Positions 25,851 to 35,703 of a stretch of 42,274 nucleotides of DNA are shown piece after piece. Both the position numbers and the translations under genes were made by a program. Numbering within the stretch: the first letter of the stretch is position 1; each line of letters starts with the position of its first letter. The stretch is from IMG/VR virus record IMGVR_UViG_3300025635_000045, positions 1-42,274 of that record; one strand, 5' to 3'. The notes beneath the pieces are model-generated. The model saw only the letters and a list, made by a program, of their open reading frames with translations, was not told the DNA's origin and ran no database searches. Source of the DNA: a virus. Its lineage: Duplodnaviria > Caudoviricetes.

Positions 25851-26656
25851 GCAAGCCGTGGATGAAATTCTATCCGGCGGACTGGCGAGCCGACCCACGC
25901 CTGCGGATGTGCTCGCTCGCCGCGCGTGGTTTGTGGATCGACCTGATGTCCTACATGCACGAGGGCCGGCCTTATGGGTATCTGACAATCGACAGCGTTG
26001 TGCCGGACGTGACGAACATCGCCGCACTGGTTGCGCGCCCTGTGTCTGAGGTCCGCAAGGCGCTGATCGAGCTTGAGGCAAAGCAAGTGTTCAGCCGGGC
26101 GGAGAACGGAGCGATCTACTCCCGACGCATGGTGAGGGATAAGGCCAAGGCAGAGGCGGACGCAGCGAACGGTAAAGGCGGGGGTAATCCCAACTTGCGA
26201 CCCGAGGTTAACGGGGGGGTTAACGGGGGGGTTAACCCCCCGGATAAAGCCCAGATACTAGAAGCTAGAAACCAGAAAGAAAGAACCGAAGCTAACGCTT
26301 CGGGCGCTGACGCGCCGCCCGACCCTCGGACGAAATTATTTAGGGAAAGTCTCGAAACACTCGCCCGGATGACCGGCAAGACCCCGGATTCGTGTCGGTC
26401 GCTGGTCGGAAAATGGCTCAAATCCGTTGACGACGAAGCAATCCACGTCATCGCCGCGATTGAGGACGCCGAACGAAATCGGATTGCCGACCCTGTTGCG
26501 TGGATCAATCGAACCCTGAAACCACGAGGAGCCGATGCAAAAACTGCCCGCAATGGACTCAGCCAAGCTCTCGAAATCCTTGGCGATGACATCCGAGAAA
26601 CTGAGCGAAGCGAAGCGTGGGGCACGCCGCCTCCTCGGTTGCTATCGAACGGGTGA
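25847..26656 (+). CDS. Phage replication initiator
   Basis: PWMKFYPADWRAD..LAARGLWIDL..IYSRRMVRD..NGKGGGNP; internal iteron-like repeats. Confidence 0.8.
   Translation: MSKPWMKFYPADWRADPRLRMCSLAARGLWIDLMSYMHEGRPYGYLTIDSVVPDVTNIAALVARPVSEVRKALIELEAKQVFSRAENGAIYSRRMVRDKAKAEADAANGKGGGNPNLRPEVNGGVNGGVNPPDKAQILEARNQKERTEANASGADAPPDPRTKLFRESLETLARMTGKTPDSCRSLVGKWLKSVDDEAIHVIAAIEDAERNRIADPVAWINRTLKPRGADAKTARNGLSQALEILGDDIRETERSEAWGTPPPRLLSNG
26204..26241. repeat. Iteron-like repeats, probable replication origin
   Basis: GGTTAAC three times at 12-bp period, ending in the palindrome GGGGGGTTAACCCCCC. Confidence 0.6.
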
Positions 26657-26915
26657 CGCGAACGATCCCGAGACGTACATCGCAGCCGTGGTGTCTGTGC
26701 TGGCGCGGTACCCAGACTCGGTTATTCGGGACGTGACGGAACCCGCAACGGGATTGCCGGCAAAGCTGAAATGGCTGCCCAGCATCTCAGAAATCCGCGA
26801 GGAGTGCGACATTCTCGCCGCTCGAATAGCAAGGCGCGAGCAGTTGGATCGTGAATTGGCCGAACAATTCGCGGCGCGAAATCCGCAGAGATTGCTTGCG
26901 AAAGAGCGTGCATGA
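26535..26915 (+). CDS. Hypothetical replication-associated protein
   Basis: Overlaps the initiator 3' end; GGAG RBS; ANDPETY..LARYP..KWLPSISEI. Confidence 0.6.
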   Translation: MQKLPAMDSAKLSKSLAMTSEKLSEAKRGARRLLGCYRTGDANDPETYIAAVVSVLARYPDSVIRDVTEPATGLPAKLKWLPSISEIREECDILAARIARREQLDRELAEQFAARNPQRLLAKERA

Positions 26916-27094
26916 CCAGCAAGAACGAAACGGCGTTCCTCTTGCGTTTGAGCAAACGCGACCGGGAACGCGCTGAACTGCTTAGCCAAGTTTACGATTT
27001 TCCGATTTCGGTTGTTCACAGGGCCGCGCTGCGGGTTTTGTTTTCGCTCGCCGGATTGCCCGATGACGAGGGTGATAGCACCAATATGCTATAA
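26912..27094 (+). CDS. Small ribbon-helix-helix-like protein
   Basis: FLLRLS strand followed by two helices; ATGA coupling. Confidence 0.45.
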   Translation: MTSKNETAFLLRLSKRDRERAELLSQVYDFPISVVHRAALRVLFSLAGLPDDEGDSTNML

Positions 27095-27115
27095 TGCTTT
27101 CAATGGAGGCTCGCA

Positions 27116-27529
27116 TTGACGGTTATCGCATTCCGCCCGCGCGACCGGGCAATCCAAGAGGCCCGCGCCGCAGAGCTTCCACATCGCAAGGAATACGCAA
27201 ACCCGTCTGACCAGCGGATTGGTTCGCCGCTCGGCAAGGCCGCGATCATGGGGCTTATCAACGCGGCTGAGTTCGACGCGGGCGTTCGTTGGGGCAGGTG
27301 CCACAGCGATTACATCGACACGATCACCTCCCCGGAGGATCGGACGCAAGCGAGATGCGAGCGCGCCGTTGATGAATACATGCGGGGCATCTACATCCTC
27401 GAAAAGCATCCCAAGCGGGTGTTTCACGCGGTTATGGCCTTGGCGGCATACGGCGAGGACTGGGGCGATCTGGAATACGTAGCGCGGGCTGCTCAGATTG
27501 GGTTTGACGCGCTCGCCAGAGAATTTTGA
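27116..27529 (+). CDS. Putative late transcription regulator
   Basis: GGAGG RBS; last early gene before packaging; function inferred from position. Confidence 0.5.
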   Translation: MTVIAFRPRDRAIQEARAAELPHRKEYANPSDQRIGSPLGKAAIMGLINAAEFDAGVRWGRCHSDYIDTITSPEDRTQARCERAVDEYMRGIYILEKHPKRVFHAVMALAAYGEDWGDLEYVARAAQIGFDALAREF

Positions 27530-27622
27530 GTCGCGCGAGGCCGCCCGCCACCCTTTGCATAACGCGGGTGTATGACGGGTCCGGACGGGATAGCCCGCAT
27601 GAGACGCGGGGGAAGGCCGAAT

Positions 27623-27841
27623 ATGAAATCTCGACGCCGCACGGAAGCACTGCGCGTTGAGACTTGCCGCGCCAACGTATGGCCTGTCGCCATCATGGTT
27701 GAGGCAATCGACCTTGAGCGCGTGAGGCGGAAACTGCTCAATTCCTATGGTGGGCCAAGGCTTGCGACCAGCGAACGGGCGATCAGGCGGGACATGGCGC
27801 GGTATCTGTTGGACATTGCGGCACCGGCGGGCGTGGCCTGA
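27623..27841 (+). CDS. Hypothetical protein
   Basis: ORF before terS; GAAGG RBS. Confidence 0.45.
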   Translation: MKSRRRTEALRVETCRANVWPVAIMVEAIDLERVRRKLLNSYGGPRLATSERAIRRDMARYLLDIAAPAGVA

Positions 27842-27865
27842 AGGCCATAAAACAATAGGGCTGAA

Positions 27866-28138
27866 ATGGGCAAGCGGACGGGAAAACCCCGAGGCCGCCC
27901 GAAAGGCGTTCCAAACAAGATCACGACCGAGCTTAAGGAAATGATCCTGGAGGCCGCACACCAGGCGGGCGGGGCAGACGGCACGGTTGGTTATCTAAAA
28001 ACACAGGCGGGAGCCAATCCCACAGCGTTCATGTCGCTGTTGGGCCGCGTGCTGCCGTTGCAGGTCGGCGGCGACAAGGACAACCCGCTGACCGTGCGAA
28101 ACATCATAGAACAGCACATTGTCGATCCTAAGAGTTGA
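27866..28138 (+). CDS. terS: Terminase small subunit
   Basis: GRPKGVPNKITTELKEMILEA..FMSLLGRVLPLQV; precedes terL. Confidence 0.8.
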   Translation: MGKRTGKPRGRPKGVPNKITTELKEMILEAAHQAGGADGTVGYLKTQAGANPTAFMSLLGRVLPLQVGGDKDNPLTVRNIIEQHIVDPKS

Positions 28139-29450
28139 CGTTCCGCGCGCATTCAAACCGCTGCTGGTTCCGAAACGATACAAGGGCGCGTATGGCGGGC
28201 GCGGCTCTGGCAAGAGCCACTTCTTTGCCACGCAAATGGTTGTGCGGTGCTACCGGCAGTTAACTCGCGCGGTCGGCATCCGCGAAATTCAGTTGAGCAT
28301 TCGGGACAGCGTTCGCCAGCTTTTAGCGGACAAGATAGCGGCGCTGGACCTCGGGCGGCACTTCACGGTGCTGGATACCGAGATACGCTGCGACAACGGC
28401 TCGCATATCGTGTTTCGAGGGATGCAGAGCTACAACGCTGAGACGATCAAGTCTCTGGAGGGCTATGACTTGGCGTGGGTTGAGGAAGCCCAGACGCTTA
28501 GCCAGAAGTCGCTAGACCTGTTGCGCCCGACGCTCCGCAAGGAAGGGTCGGAAATGTGGTTCGGCTGGAACCCAAGGTTCCGCACCGACCCGGTTGACGT
28601 GTTCTTCCGCAAGTTTCCATCTGCTGAGAAGATCAGCGTCGAGGCGAACTGGCGCGACAATCCGTGGTTCCCGGAAGTTCTTCGCAAGGACATGGAGAAC
28701 GACAAGGCGGATGATCCTGAGCGCGCCGAGCATGTCTGGGAGGGTGGTTATGAGATCGGCCACGGCGCGATCCTCGCCCGCGAGATTGAGCGCGCTGAGA
28801 GGGCTGGCCGCGTCAATGACGAGGTGGCTTATGACCCCAAGGGGCCGCCCGTTGAAATCTCGTGCGACATTGGACTGCGCGACACATCGACGTGGTGGTA
28901 CTGGCAACGCCGCGTCGGCGGCGCGGCCATCATCGACTATGACCGCGATTCCGGCCTACAGGCCGAGGACTGGATTAATCGCATTCAGAAGCGATTGACC
29001 GACAATGGTTACAAGTTGGGGCGCGTATGGCTGCCCCACGACGCCCGCAACAAGACGTTCTCTGCGAAGTACACTGCTGTTGAACAATTCCTGCGGGCCT
29101 TCGGAATGGGCAAGGTCGGCATCGTTCCGATCAGCACCAAGCCCGACCGCATCAACGCGGCGCGCACGTTCGTTAAACGGTGCGAGTTTAACAAGACCAG
29201 GTGCGAGGCCGGTTTGGATGGGCTTCGCGCGTGGGAATTTGAGTGGGACGAGGAGAACAGGATTTTCTCCCGTGAACCGCTTCACAACTGGGCGAGCCAT
29301 GACGGCGACGGCTTCTCATACGGTTGTCAGGTGATGACCGGACACATGCCGCCCGAAGATGAAAAACCCGAGCCGCCATTGCGGGGTGCCGAGAACATGA
29401 CCGTGGACGAGCTTATCCGCATGACGGGGCCGGTGAGGATTAGGGTTTGA
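28119..29450 (+). CDS. terL: Terminase large subunit (PBSX-like)
   Basis: YGGRGSGKS, WVEEA, WNP, CDIG..D, LPHDA, PLHNWASHDGD. Confidence 0.95.
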   Translation: MSILRVDVPRAFKPLLVPKRYKGAYGGRGSGKSHFFATQMVVRCYRQLTRAVGIREIQLSIRDSVRQLLADKIAALDLGRHFTVLDTEIRCDNGSHIVFRGMQSYNAETIKSLEGYDLAWVEEAQTLSQKSLDLLRPTLRKEGSEMWFGWNPRFRTDPVDVFFRKFPSAEKISVEANWRDNPWFPEVLRKDMENDKADDPERAEHVWEGGYEIGHGAILAREIERAERAGRVNDEVAYDPKGPPVEISCDIGLRDTSTWWYWQRRVGGAAIIDYDRDSGLQAEDWINRIQKRLTDNGYKLGRVWLPHDARNKTFSAKYTAVEQFLRAFGMGKVGIVPISTKPDRINAARTFVKRCEFNKTRCEAGLDGLRAWEFEWDEENRIFSREPLHNWASHDGDGFSYGCQVMTGHMPPEDEKPEPPLRGAENMTVDELIRMTGPVRIRV

Positions 29451-31642
29451 TGGAATACGGCCCATCGACCGAACCCGAAGGCAAGAACGACAAAACCGAG
29501 AAGAAACAGAGCGGACGGCTGCGTAAGTACTGGCGGGAGATCGAGGCGTATCACAAGGCTGCCCAGGACTGGCACGAGCAGTCCGATAAGATCGTCAAGC
29601 TCTACCTAGACCAGCACCGCACGCACGCCAGCTCTAGGCGCTTCGCCCTCCTGTGGTCGAACATCGAAACGCTGAAGCCCGCCGTTTACGCAAAGACGCC
29701 GAACGTCCTGTGTTCTCGCCGGCACAAAGACCCCGACCCGGTTGGCAGGACGGCAGCGGAGATATTGGAGCGCGCGACCAACACGGCATTGGACCTGGGG
29801 CGGGCTGACGAGCGGTTCCGCATGGTGCGGGATGACCGGCTGCTGGCTGCCCGTGGTCAGGCGTGGGTGCGCTACGAGGCCGAACTAACCGGCGACAAAA
29901 TCCAGTCCGAGAAAGCCTTGGTGGATTATATCCACTACAAGGACTTCGGGCACAACGTCGCGAACACATGGGCCGATGTCTGGCTGGTTTGGCGCAGGGT
30001 TTACAAGTCCCGTGCAGAGGCTAAGAAGCGGTTTCCGAAGTACGCCGAAAAGCTGAGTTATACGGCCAAGACCGCATCCGACGACGACAAGGAACTCGGT
30101 GAGCACAAGGCTTGCATATACGAGATTTGGGATAAGACGCTCAACAAGACGTGCTTTATCTCGAAGGACTGCCCGGAGGTTCTTGAGGACGGCCCACCGC
30201 CGATTTCGTTCCGCGATTTCTTCCCATGCCCCGAGCCTTGCTACGGATCGAAGACCAGCAAGAGTTTGTTCCCCACTCCCGATTATCGTTACTACCAAGA
30301 CCAGGCGCAGGAGATCGACGATCTAACCGAGAAGATCGCGAACCTGACGGATTACCTGATGATGCGGGCGTTCGTCCCGGCGGGACCGTCCGGTGATGGC
30401 GCGGATTCTGTCCGCATCATGATCCAGAACCTTCAAAGCGACATCACGTCGAACAAATCCATCTTCGTCCCTGTCGAGTCGTGGGCGGGCTTTGCCGAGA
30501 AGGGTGGGGCCAAGGGCCTGATGGATTGGCTGCCCGTCGATATGGTCATTCAGGCGTTGCAGGGGGCTATTGAGGCGCGCAACCAGCTTGTGCAAGACGT
30601 TTACCAGATCACCGGCATTGCTGACATTCTGCGGGGGCAGACCGATCCCGACGAGACGCTTGGCGCGCAGCAGTTGAAAGCGCAGACCGGCGCTCGGCGT
30701 GTCAAGAACAGCAAGGACGATGTGGCGCGGTTCTGCCGGGACATCGGCCAGCTTGTTGCCGAGGTCATTGCCGAGCAATTCCAGCCGCAGACCATCGCGG
30801 ACATGTCTGGTTATGCCTATGTGCCGGCGCCTCCGGTTCAACCCATGATGCCGCAGCAGCCGGGTATGCCCGACCAGCAGCCGATGCAGCAGCCCGTGCA
30901 GCCGCCTAGCGGCAAATCGTTTGACGACAAGGTTCTGCAGTTGCTCCGTGACGACCGGATGCGCGGCTTCCTGATCGACATCGAGACGGACAGCACGATA
31001 CAGCCGGATGAGGATGCGGAGAAACAGCGCCGAACCGAGTTCATCACGGCGACGGGCGGGTTCTTGCAGCAGGCGTCGGAAATGATGGCGGGTGCGCCTG
31101 CCTTGGCCCCGATGGTGAGCGAAATGCTCCTGTTCGGTGTTCGCGGCTTCCGTGTCGGTCGGCAGATGGAAGACGTGATAGAATCCACGCTCAAGAACGT
31201 CGCTCAGGAACTACAGCAGCGCCAGCAGCAGCCGGACCCGAAGGTCCAGGCCGAGCAGATGAAGGCGCAGGCGCTACAGGCCAAGACGCAGGCGGATATG
31301 CAGGCGGCGCAGGAAAAGCATCAGTTGGAGTTGCAGAAGATACAAGTTCAGGCGCAGGCCGACATGCAGATGATGCAGGCGGAAATTCAGGCGCTTTACG
31401 AAAAACTCGGCATCGAGCGCGAACAGATGCAACTTGAGGCGCAGGCTGACCGGCAAAGGCTGGCGATGCAGGCAGCGTCTGACCAGCAGAAGATGGCCGT
31501 GCAGCAGCAGACCCACGAAATGCAGTTGGACGCCGCGCAGCAGCAGCACGCATTGGGCCAAGAGGCGGCAGAGCATAAGCACGCCATCGGCATCGACATG
31601 CTGAAACAGAAGGCCAAGAGCGCAACGAGTGCCACGGCTTAG
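29447..31642 (+). CDS. Portal protein with Gln-rich coiled-coil C-terminus
   Basis: 731 aa after terL; ITGIADILRG..ETLGAQQLK; P22-like barrel region. Confidence 0.88.
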   Translation: MMEYGPSTEPEGKNDKTEKKQSGRLRKYWREIEAYHKAAQDWHEQSDKIVKLYLDQHRTHASSRRFALLWSNIETLKPAVYAKTPNVLCSRRHKDPDPVGRTAAEILERATNTALDLGRADERFRMVRDDRLLAARGQAWVRYEAELTGDKIQSEKALVDYIHYKDFGHNVANTWADVWLVWRRVYKSRAEAKKRFPKYAEKLSYTAKTASDDDKELGEHKACIYEIWDKTLNKTCFISKDCPEVLEDGPPPISFRDFFPCPEPCYGSKTSKSLFPTPDYRYYQDQAQEIDDLTEKIANLTDYLMMRAFVPAGPSGDGADSVRIMIQNLQSDITSNKSIFVPVESWAGFAEKGGAKGLMDWLPVDMVIQALQGAIEARNQLVQDVYQITGIADILRGQTDPDETLGAQQLKAQTGARRVKNSKDDVARFCRDIGQLVAEVIAEQFQPQTIADMSGYAYVPAPPVQPMMPQQPGMPDQQPMQQPVQPPSGKSFDDKVLQLLRDDRMRGFLIDIETDSTIQPDEDAEKQRRTEFITATGGFLQQASEMMAGAPALAPMVSEMLLFGVRGFRVGRQMEDVIESTLKNVAQELQQRQQQPDPKVQAEQMKAQALQAKTQADMQAAQEKHQLELQKIQVQAQADMQMMQAEIQALYEKLGIEREQMQLEAQADRQRLAMQAASDQQKMAVQQQTHEMQLDAAQQQHALGQEAAEHKHAIGIDMLKQKAKSATSATA

Positions 31643-31880
31643 CGTTGTCCGGTACGAACGAACAACCGATAAGCCCGGCGTGTTCCGTGGCGGGATCGGA
31701 TGCGAGGAGATGCGGGCCGGTGATGTCACGTACATCGTCGTCAATGATGACACGGGCCTGGCGTTCAAGCATTGCACGCGCGAGCCGAATGGCGTTTGGG
31801 TCGATGACCAGACGGTCGAGAATTGGGTTGAGCCGGAACAGACCGCCGTTCCCTATGACTGGTTCGAGAATATGCAATGA
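31629..31880 (+). CDS. Hypothetical protein
   Basis: Fills the gap between portal and the next gene with overlaps. Confidence 0.45.
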   Translation: MPRLSVVRYERTTDKPGVFRGGIGCEEMRAGDVTYIVVNDDTGLAFKHCTREPNGVWVDDQTVENWVEPEQTAVPYDWFENMQ

Positions 31881-32179
31881 CTGACTACGGCCCGCCCTAC
31901 GTTTACCGAGACGGCCAGATTGTTTCCAAGTGCGTAGCAGGCCCACGTCATGCCTCGTCCAAGGCTCCGAACGTCATATCCGACACGATGGAGCCGCTTC
32001 GCCACATGGGTACGGGGCGCATCCTCGATAGCAAGTCTGCGTTTCGTCAGGACACCATCGCCAGCGGCTGCGTCGAGGTCGGCACCGACCCCGCCGCGTC
32101 ACGACCGCCGCCCAAGGTTCAACCCCGTGGCATTCACGAGGACGTAAAGCGCGCTCTTGCTGAGCTGCGTTCCCGATAA
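31877..32179 (+). CDS. Conserved head-region hypothetical protein
   Basis: APNVISDTMEPLRHMGTGR..DSKSAFR..GCVEVG. Confidence 0.7.
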   Translation: MTDYGPPYVYRDGQIVSKCVAGPRHASSKAPNVISDTMEPLRHMGTGRILDSKSAFRQDTIASGCVEVGTDPAASRPPPKVQPRGIHEDVKRALAELRSR

Positions 32180-32193
32180 ACCAAGGATGATTT

Positions 32194-33351
32194 ATGCCTG
32201 TCGAGCAAGCTGAAAAGCCCGAGATTGACGACGCATACGCGGACGCCCGCGCTGCACTTGAGGAATTGAAGAACGGCCCCGCAGATGTCGAGGAGACGGT
32301 AGAGGCCGCGACTGATGAGCCGGTAGAAACCGCGCAGGAAACCGCCGAGCGCGTCCGTGACGAGAGGGGACGGTTCGCTCCCAAGGAAGCCAAGGCAGAC
32401 GAGCCCGCCAAGGTCGAGGCCAAGGCAGAACCGGAGGCGATTGAGCGGCCCGCTGATCCGAAGCTAGAGGCTCCGGTTCAGCAGACCGCTCAGGTTAGTG
32501 CGCCGCCTCCGGGCTTCTCGGTAAAGACTAAGGCGGAATGGGACAAACTCCCCGAGTACGTCCGCGCCGACATCGTGAAGCGCGAACAGGAAGTCTCGGA
32601 CGGCTTCAAACAATACTCAGGCATGAAAGAGATCATGCCTTATGTCGAGATGGCGCAGCGTGGCGGCACCACGCTCAAGGCGGCCCTCGACAACTACACC
32701 GGCCTGGAAAATCTACTCAGGCAGGATGTGGTCAAGGGTGTTTCACAGATCGCCGCCAACATGGGGACGCACCCCGTGGAATTGGCGCAACGCATTTTCC
32801 AGGCATACGGCCAGCAACCCTTTCAACAGGTGCAGGCCGATCCGTCGAACCCTCAACCGTTCGACCCCTCAGTGCTGCAACAGCATCTAAACCCGCTTTT
32901 GCAGAAAGTATCCACTTTAGAGCATCACATCACGCAACAGCAGCAAGCCGAGCAAGCGCGCCAGCAAAGCGTCATTTACACCGCTATGGAGCGTTTCAAG
33001 TCAGACCCCGCGCATCGCTATTTCGAGAACGTTCGACCGTTGATGGCTCAACTATTCAACGGGGGCGTAGTCCAGGAAACCGGCGACACACTCGCGGATA
33101 TGAAAACGGCTTACGAGATGGCCTGCAATCTTGACCCCGACATTCGCGAACTCTCGTTCAAGGAGCGGATCGCGAAGGACGAGGCAGACCGCAAGCAGCG
33201 TGAAAAAGATGCAGCGGACAAGGCGCGTCAAGCGTCACGGTCCATCACCGGGTCGCCATCGGCTGCCGTGCGGGAAACCGCCGACACCAAAAGCGGCTCT
33301 CCCTTTGATGATGCGCGGCGAGCCTATCAGGAAGTAGGCGCTCGCGTTTGA
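32194..33351 (+). CDS. Capsid scaffolding protein
   Basis: Acidic N-terminus, RDERGRFA motif, helical; directly before the capsid gene. Confidence 0.75.
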   Translation: MPVEQAEKPEIDDAYADARAALEELKNGPADVEETVEAATDEPVETAQETAERVRDERGRFAPKEAKADEPAKVEAKAEPEAIERPADPKLEAPVQQTAQVSAPPPGFSVKTKAEWDKLPEYVRADIVKREQEVSDGFKQYSGMKEIMPYVEMAQRGGTTLKAALDNYTGLENLLRQDVVKGVSQIAANMGTHPVELAQRIFQAYGQQPFQQVQADPSNPQPFDPSVLQQHLNPLLQKVSTLEHHITQQQQAEQARQQSVIYTAMERFKSDPAHRYFENVRPLMAQLFNGGVVQETGDTLADMKTAYEMACNLDPDIRELSFKERIAKDEADRKQREKDAADKARQASRSITGSPSAAVRETADTKSGSPFDDARRAYQEVGARV

Positions 33352-33368
33352 AGTAAGGAGCGGCACTA

Positions 33369-34364
33369 ATGCCCGCGAATCCTAACTTCGATGACATTGT
33401 AACGACCACGCTCCGCAATCGTAGCGGCAAGCTGGCGGACAATGCCACCGAAACAACTGTCTTGCTCGACCGGCTTCGCCGGCGCGGCAAGGTTAAGCCT
33501 GCCGGCGGTGGTCGCACCATCGTCCAGGAACTTGAGACTGCACTGAACCCGAACGGTGCGTGGTACGCAGGCTTCGACACCCTGAACACCAACACGTTCG
33601 AGCCGTTCAGCGCCGCCGAATACGACTGGAAGCAGGCTTATGTGCCTGTGGTCTGGTCGGGCCTCGAAAAGCTCAAGAACATGGGCGAGTTCGAGGTGAT
33701 TGATCTGGTCGGCTCTCGCGTGCAGAACGCCGAGAAGTCGCTGTACGATCTGGTCGCTCAGGCGTCCTATTCGGCAGGCACCGGATCGGGCGGCAAGCAG
33801 ATGCACGGCCTTGGGTTGTTCGTCGTGTCTGACCCGACGACCGGCACTGTCGGCGGCATCTCGCGTGCATCCAACACGTTCTGGCGCAACCAGGTCGTGT
33901 CGGTCACGATGTCGGCCACAACCATCAACATTGCGTCGGCCAGCCCGTCGCCGTTCCTGTCGGCGGTCAACCAGTTGGCGATTGCGTGTACGCGCGGCAC
34001 CGACCACCCAGACCTTTGGGTTGCTGACGGCATCGCTTATCGCCTCTACCTTGAGAGCTTGCAGCCGATTCAGCGTATCACCTCCACGGAGATGGCGGGC
34101 TACGGCTTCACGGCACTCAAATACTTCGGCGTTGGTGGCAATGCGGACTTCGCTCTTGATAACGGGTACTGCCCCGCCAAGACGGTGTACGCGCTGAACA
34201 CCAACTATTTGTACTTGCGGCCACACCCTGAGCGGAACTTCACGCCGATGGGTGGCGACCGCATCCCCGTCAACCAAGACGCAACCGTTCGTTTCCTGGG
34301 CTTTGCTGGCAATATGTGCGCCAGCAACTTGTTCCTCCAGGGAACGATCATCAGCCCGAACTAA
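33369..34364 (+). CDS. Major capsid protein
   Basis: AAGGAG RBS; TTTLRNRSGKLADN..GGRTIV..AEYDWKQ..TVGGISR..FWRNQ..PVNQDA. Confidence 0.88.
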   Translation: MPANPNFDDIVTTTLRNRSGKLADNATETTVLLDRLRRRGKVKPAGGGRTIVQELETALNPNGAWYAGFDTLNTNTFEPFSAAEYDWKQAYVPVVWSGLEKLKNMGEFEVIDLVGSRVQNAEKSLYDLVAQASYSAGTGSGGKQMHGLGLFVVSDPTTGTVGGISRASNTFWRNQVVSVTMSATTINIASASPSPFLSAVNQLAIACTRGTDHPDLWVADGIAYRLYLESLQPIQRITSTEMAGYGFTALKYFGVGGNADFALDNGYCPAKTVYALNTNYLYLRPHPERNFTPMGGDRIPVNQDATVRFLGFAGNMCASNLFLQGTIISPN

Positions 34365-34378
34365 GGGAGGACACCACT

Positions 34379-34900
34379 ATGCAACTCGTTGGTGGACAGC
34401 CCGGTCGTATTTATTCAGGCGACGAAGTGGCTGCGGGTAAAGTGTCTCCGGGTCAGCGCCTCTCGGTGCGTGATCCGAACAGCGGTGGCGATAAGGAGTA
34501 TGTGCTTTGTTGCGTTGCGGCGGCACAGAACCTTACGCTCGGCACGGTCGTGACGATTGACGGTAGCTTCGTTGTTACCGTTGCTGCTGTCGCGACCGCC
34601 AACACGGCGCATAATCAGTTGGGCGTGGTTGTCACCCCGACTACGAGCGGTACGGCTTCGGCCAGCGCCTATATCTGGGTGCAGACCTTTGGTCGGACGC
34701 TTGTTCGCGCTTCGACCAGCGTGCTCCCTGCCGTTGGCCTCAAGATCGGCACTACTGCCGGTATTGTGACCGACACTGCGGCGGCCTCCGCCTCGGCGGC
34801 AATCAACGGTATCGTTCTGACGGCAACGTCGAACACGTCGGACTCGCTCACTGCGGCGATCCTGACGTATCCGAGTTACGGCACCACGTTCGCCGTCTAA
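34379..34900 (+). CDS. Capsid decoration/cement-like protein, Ser/Thr/Ala-rich
   Basis: GGGAGG RBS; between capsid gene and terminator; YIWVQTFG. Confidence 0.65.
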   Translation: MQLVGGQPGRIYSGDEVAAGKVSPGQRLSVRDPNSGGDKEYVLCCVAAAQNLTLGTVVTIDGSFVVTVAAVATANTAHNQLGVVVTPTTSGTASASAYIWVQTFGRTLVRASTSVLPAVGLKIGTTAGIVTDTAAASASAAINGIVLTATSNTSDSLTAAILTYPSYGTTFAV

Positions 34901-34922
34901 CGCTCAAACGCAACGAACTGGG

Positions 34923-34953
34923 AACGGGGGGCTTCGGCTCCCCGTTTTCTTTT
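34923..34953 (+). terminator. Intrinsic terminator
   Basis: AACGGGGGGC-TTCG-GCTCCCCGTT followed by a T-tract. Confidence 0.85.
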
Positions 34954-34962
34954 GGGGGACTT

Positions 34963-35703
34963 TTGACAGTTAAACACATGCAAGTCTTCATCGGGTTCGA
35001 CCCGAGGGAGGCTGCGGCCTTTGCTGTGGCCCGCGCCAGCATCCGCAAATTCGATAGCCACATTCCTATTCATGGTTTGGTGCTTTCCGATTTGCAGGCC
35101 AGGGGCCTCTACTATCGAAAGACCGAGCGCCGCCTTGGCAAGTTGTGGGACGTGATTTCTGCGGCCCCGATGTCCACGGAGTTCGCAATTTCACGCTTCC
35201 TCGTCCCGTCCATCGTCAAGAAATGGAACCAAGGCTTTCACAGCATCGATGGCTGGGCTCTGTTCATGGACTGCGACATGCTGGTTCGCACGAACCTGAA
35301 TGTGTTGCAGCAGCAGTTGGACGACACGAAGGCTGTGATGTGCGTCAAGCATAATCACCAGCCGAAAGACGGCACCAAGATGGACGGCCAGGTACAGACC
35401 GCCTATCCGCGCAAGAACTGGTCGAGCGTTCTGGCTTTCAACGTGGACCACCCGTCGAACAAGGCGCTCGACGTTGAGATGGTCAACACGCTGCCGGGGC
35501 GGGATCTGCACCGGCTCTGCTGGTTGGAGGACGACGAGATCGGAGAACTCGACCAGTCCTGGAATTGGCTGGTGGGGCACAGCGACCCGGAGATCGAACC
35601 GGACATCGTTCATTTTACCGATGGCATTCCGACATTCGAGGGCTACCGGAATGTGGCTTTCGCGGACGAGTGGATGCGGGAGCTTGAACGATGGGCAGTA
35701 TAG
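34963..35703 (+). CDS. GT-A glycosyltransferase (GT8-related, plant CDI-like)
   Basis: VFIGFDPRE, STEFAISRFLVP, FMDCD (DxD), KMDGQVQTAYPRKNWSS, WNWLVG, HFTDGIP. Confidence 0.88.
   Translation: MTVKHMQVFIGFDPREAAAFAVARASIRKFDSHIPIHGLVLSDLQARGLYYRKTERRLGKLWDVISAAPMSTEFAISRFLVPSIVKKWNQGFHSIDGWALFMDCDMLVRTNLNVLQQQLDDTKAVMCVKHNHQPKDGTKMDGQVQTAYPRKNWSSVLAFNVDHPSNKALDVEMVNTLPGRDLHRLCWLEDDEIGELDQSWNWLVGHSDPEIEPDIVHFTDGIPTFEGYRNVAFADEWMRELERWAV

Noticed and set aside
26206-26236. CtrA boxes in the origin repeats
   Set aside because: TTAA half-sites are separated by 8 nt, not the 7 nt of the consensus; the same applies at 1210-1225
31200-31620. CAG-rich tandem repeat
   Set aside because: Explained by the Gln-rich coiled-coil tail of the portal protein
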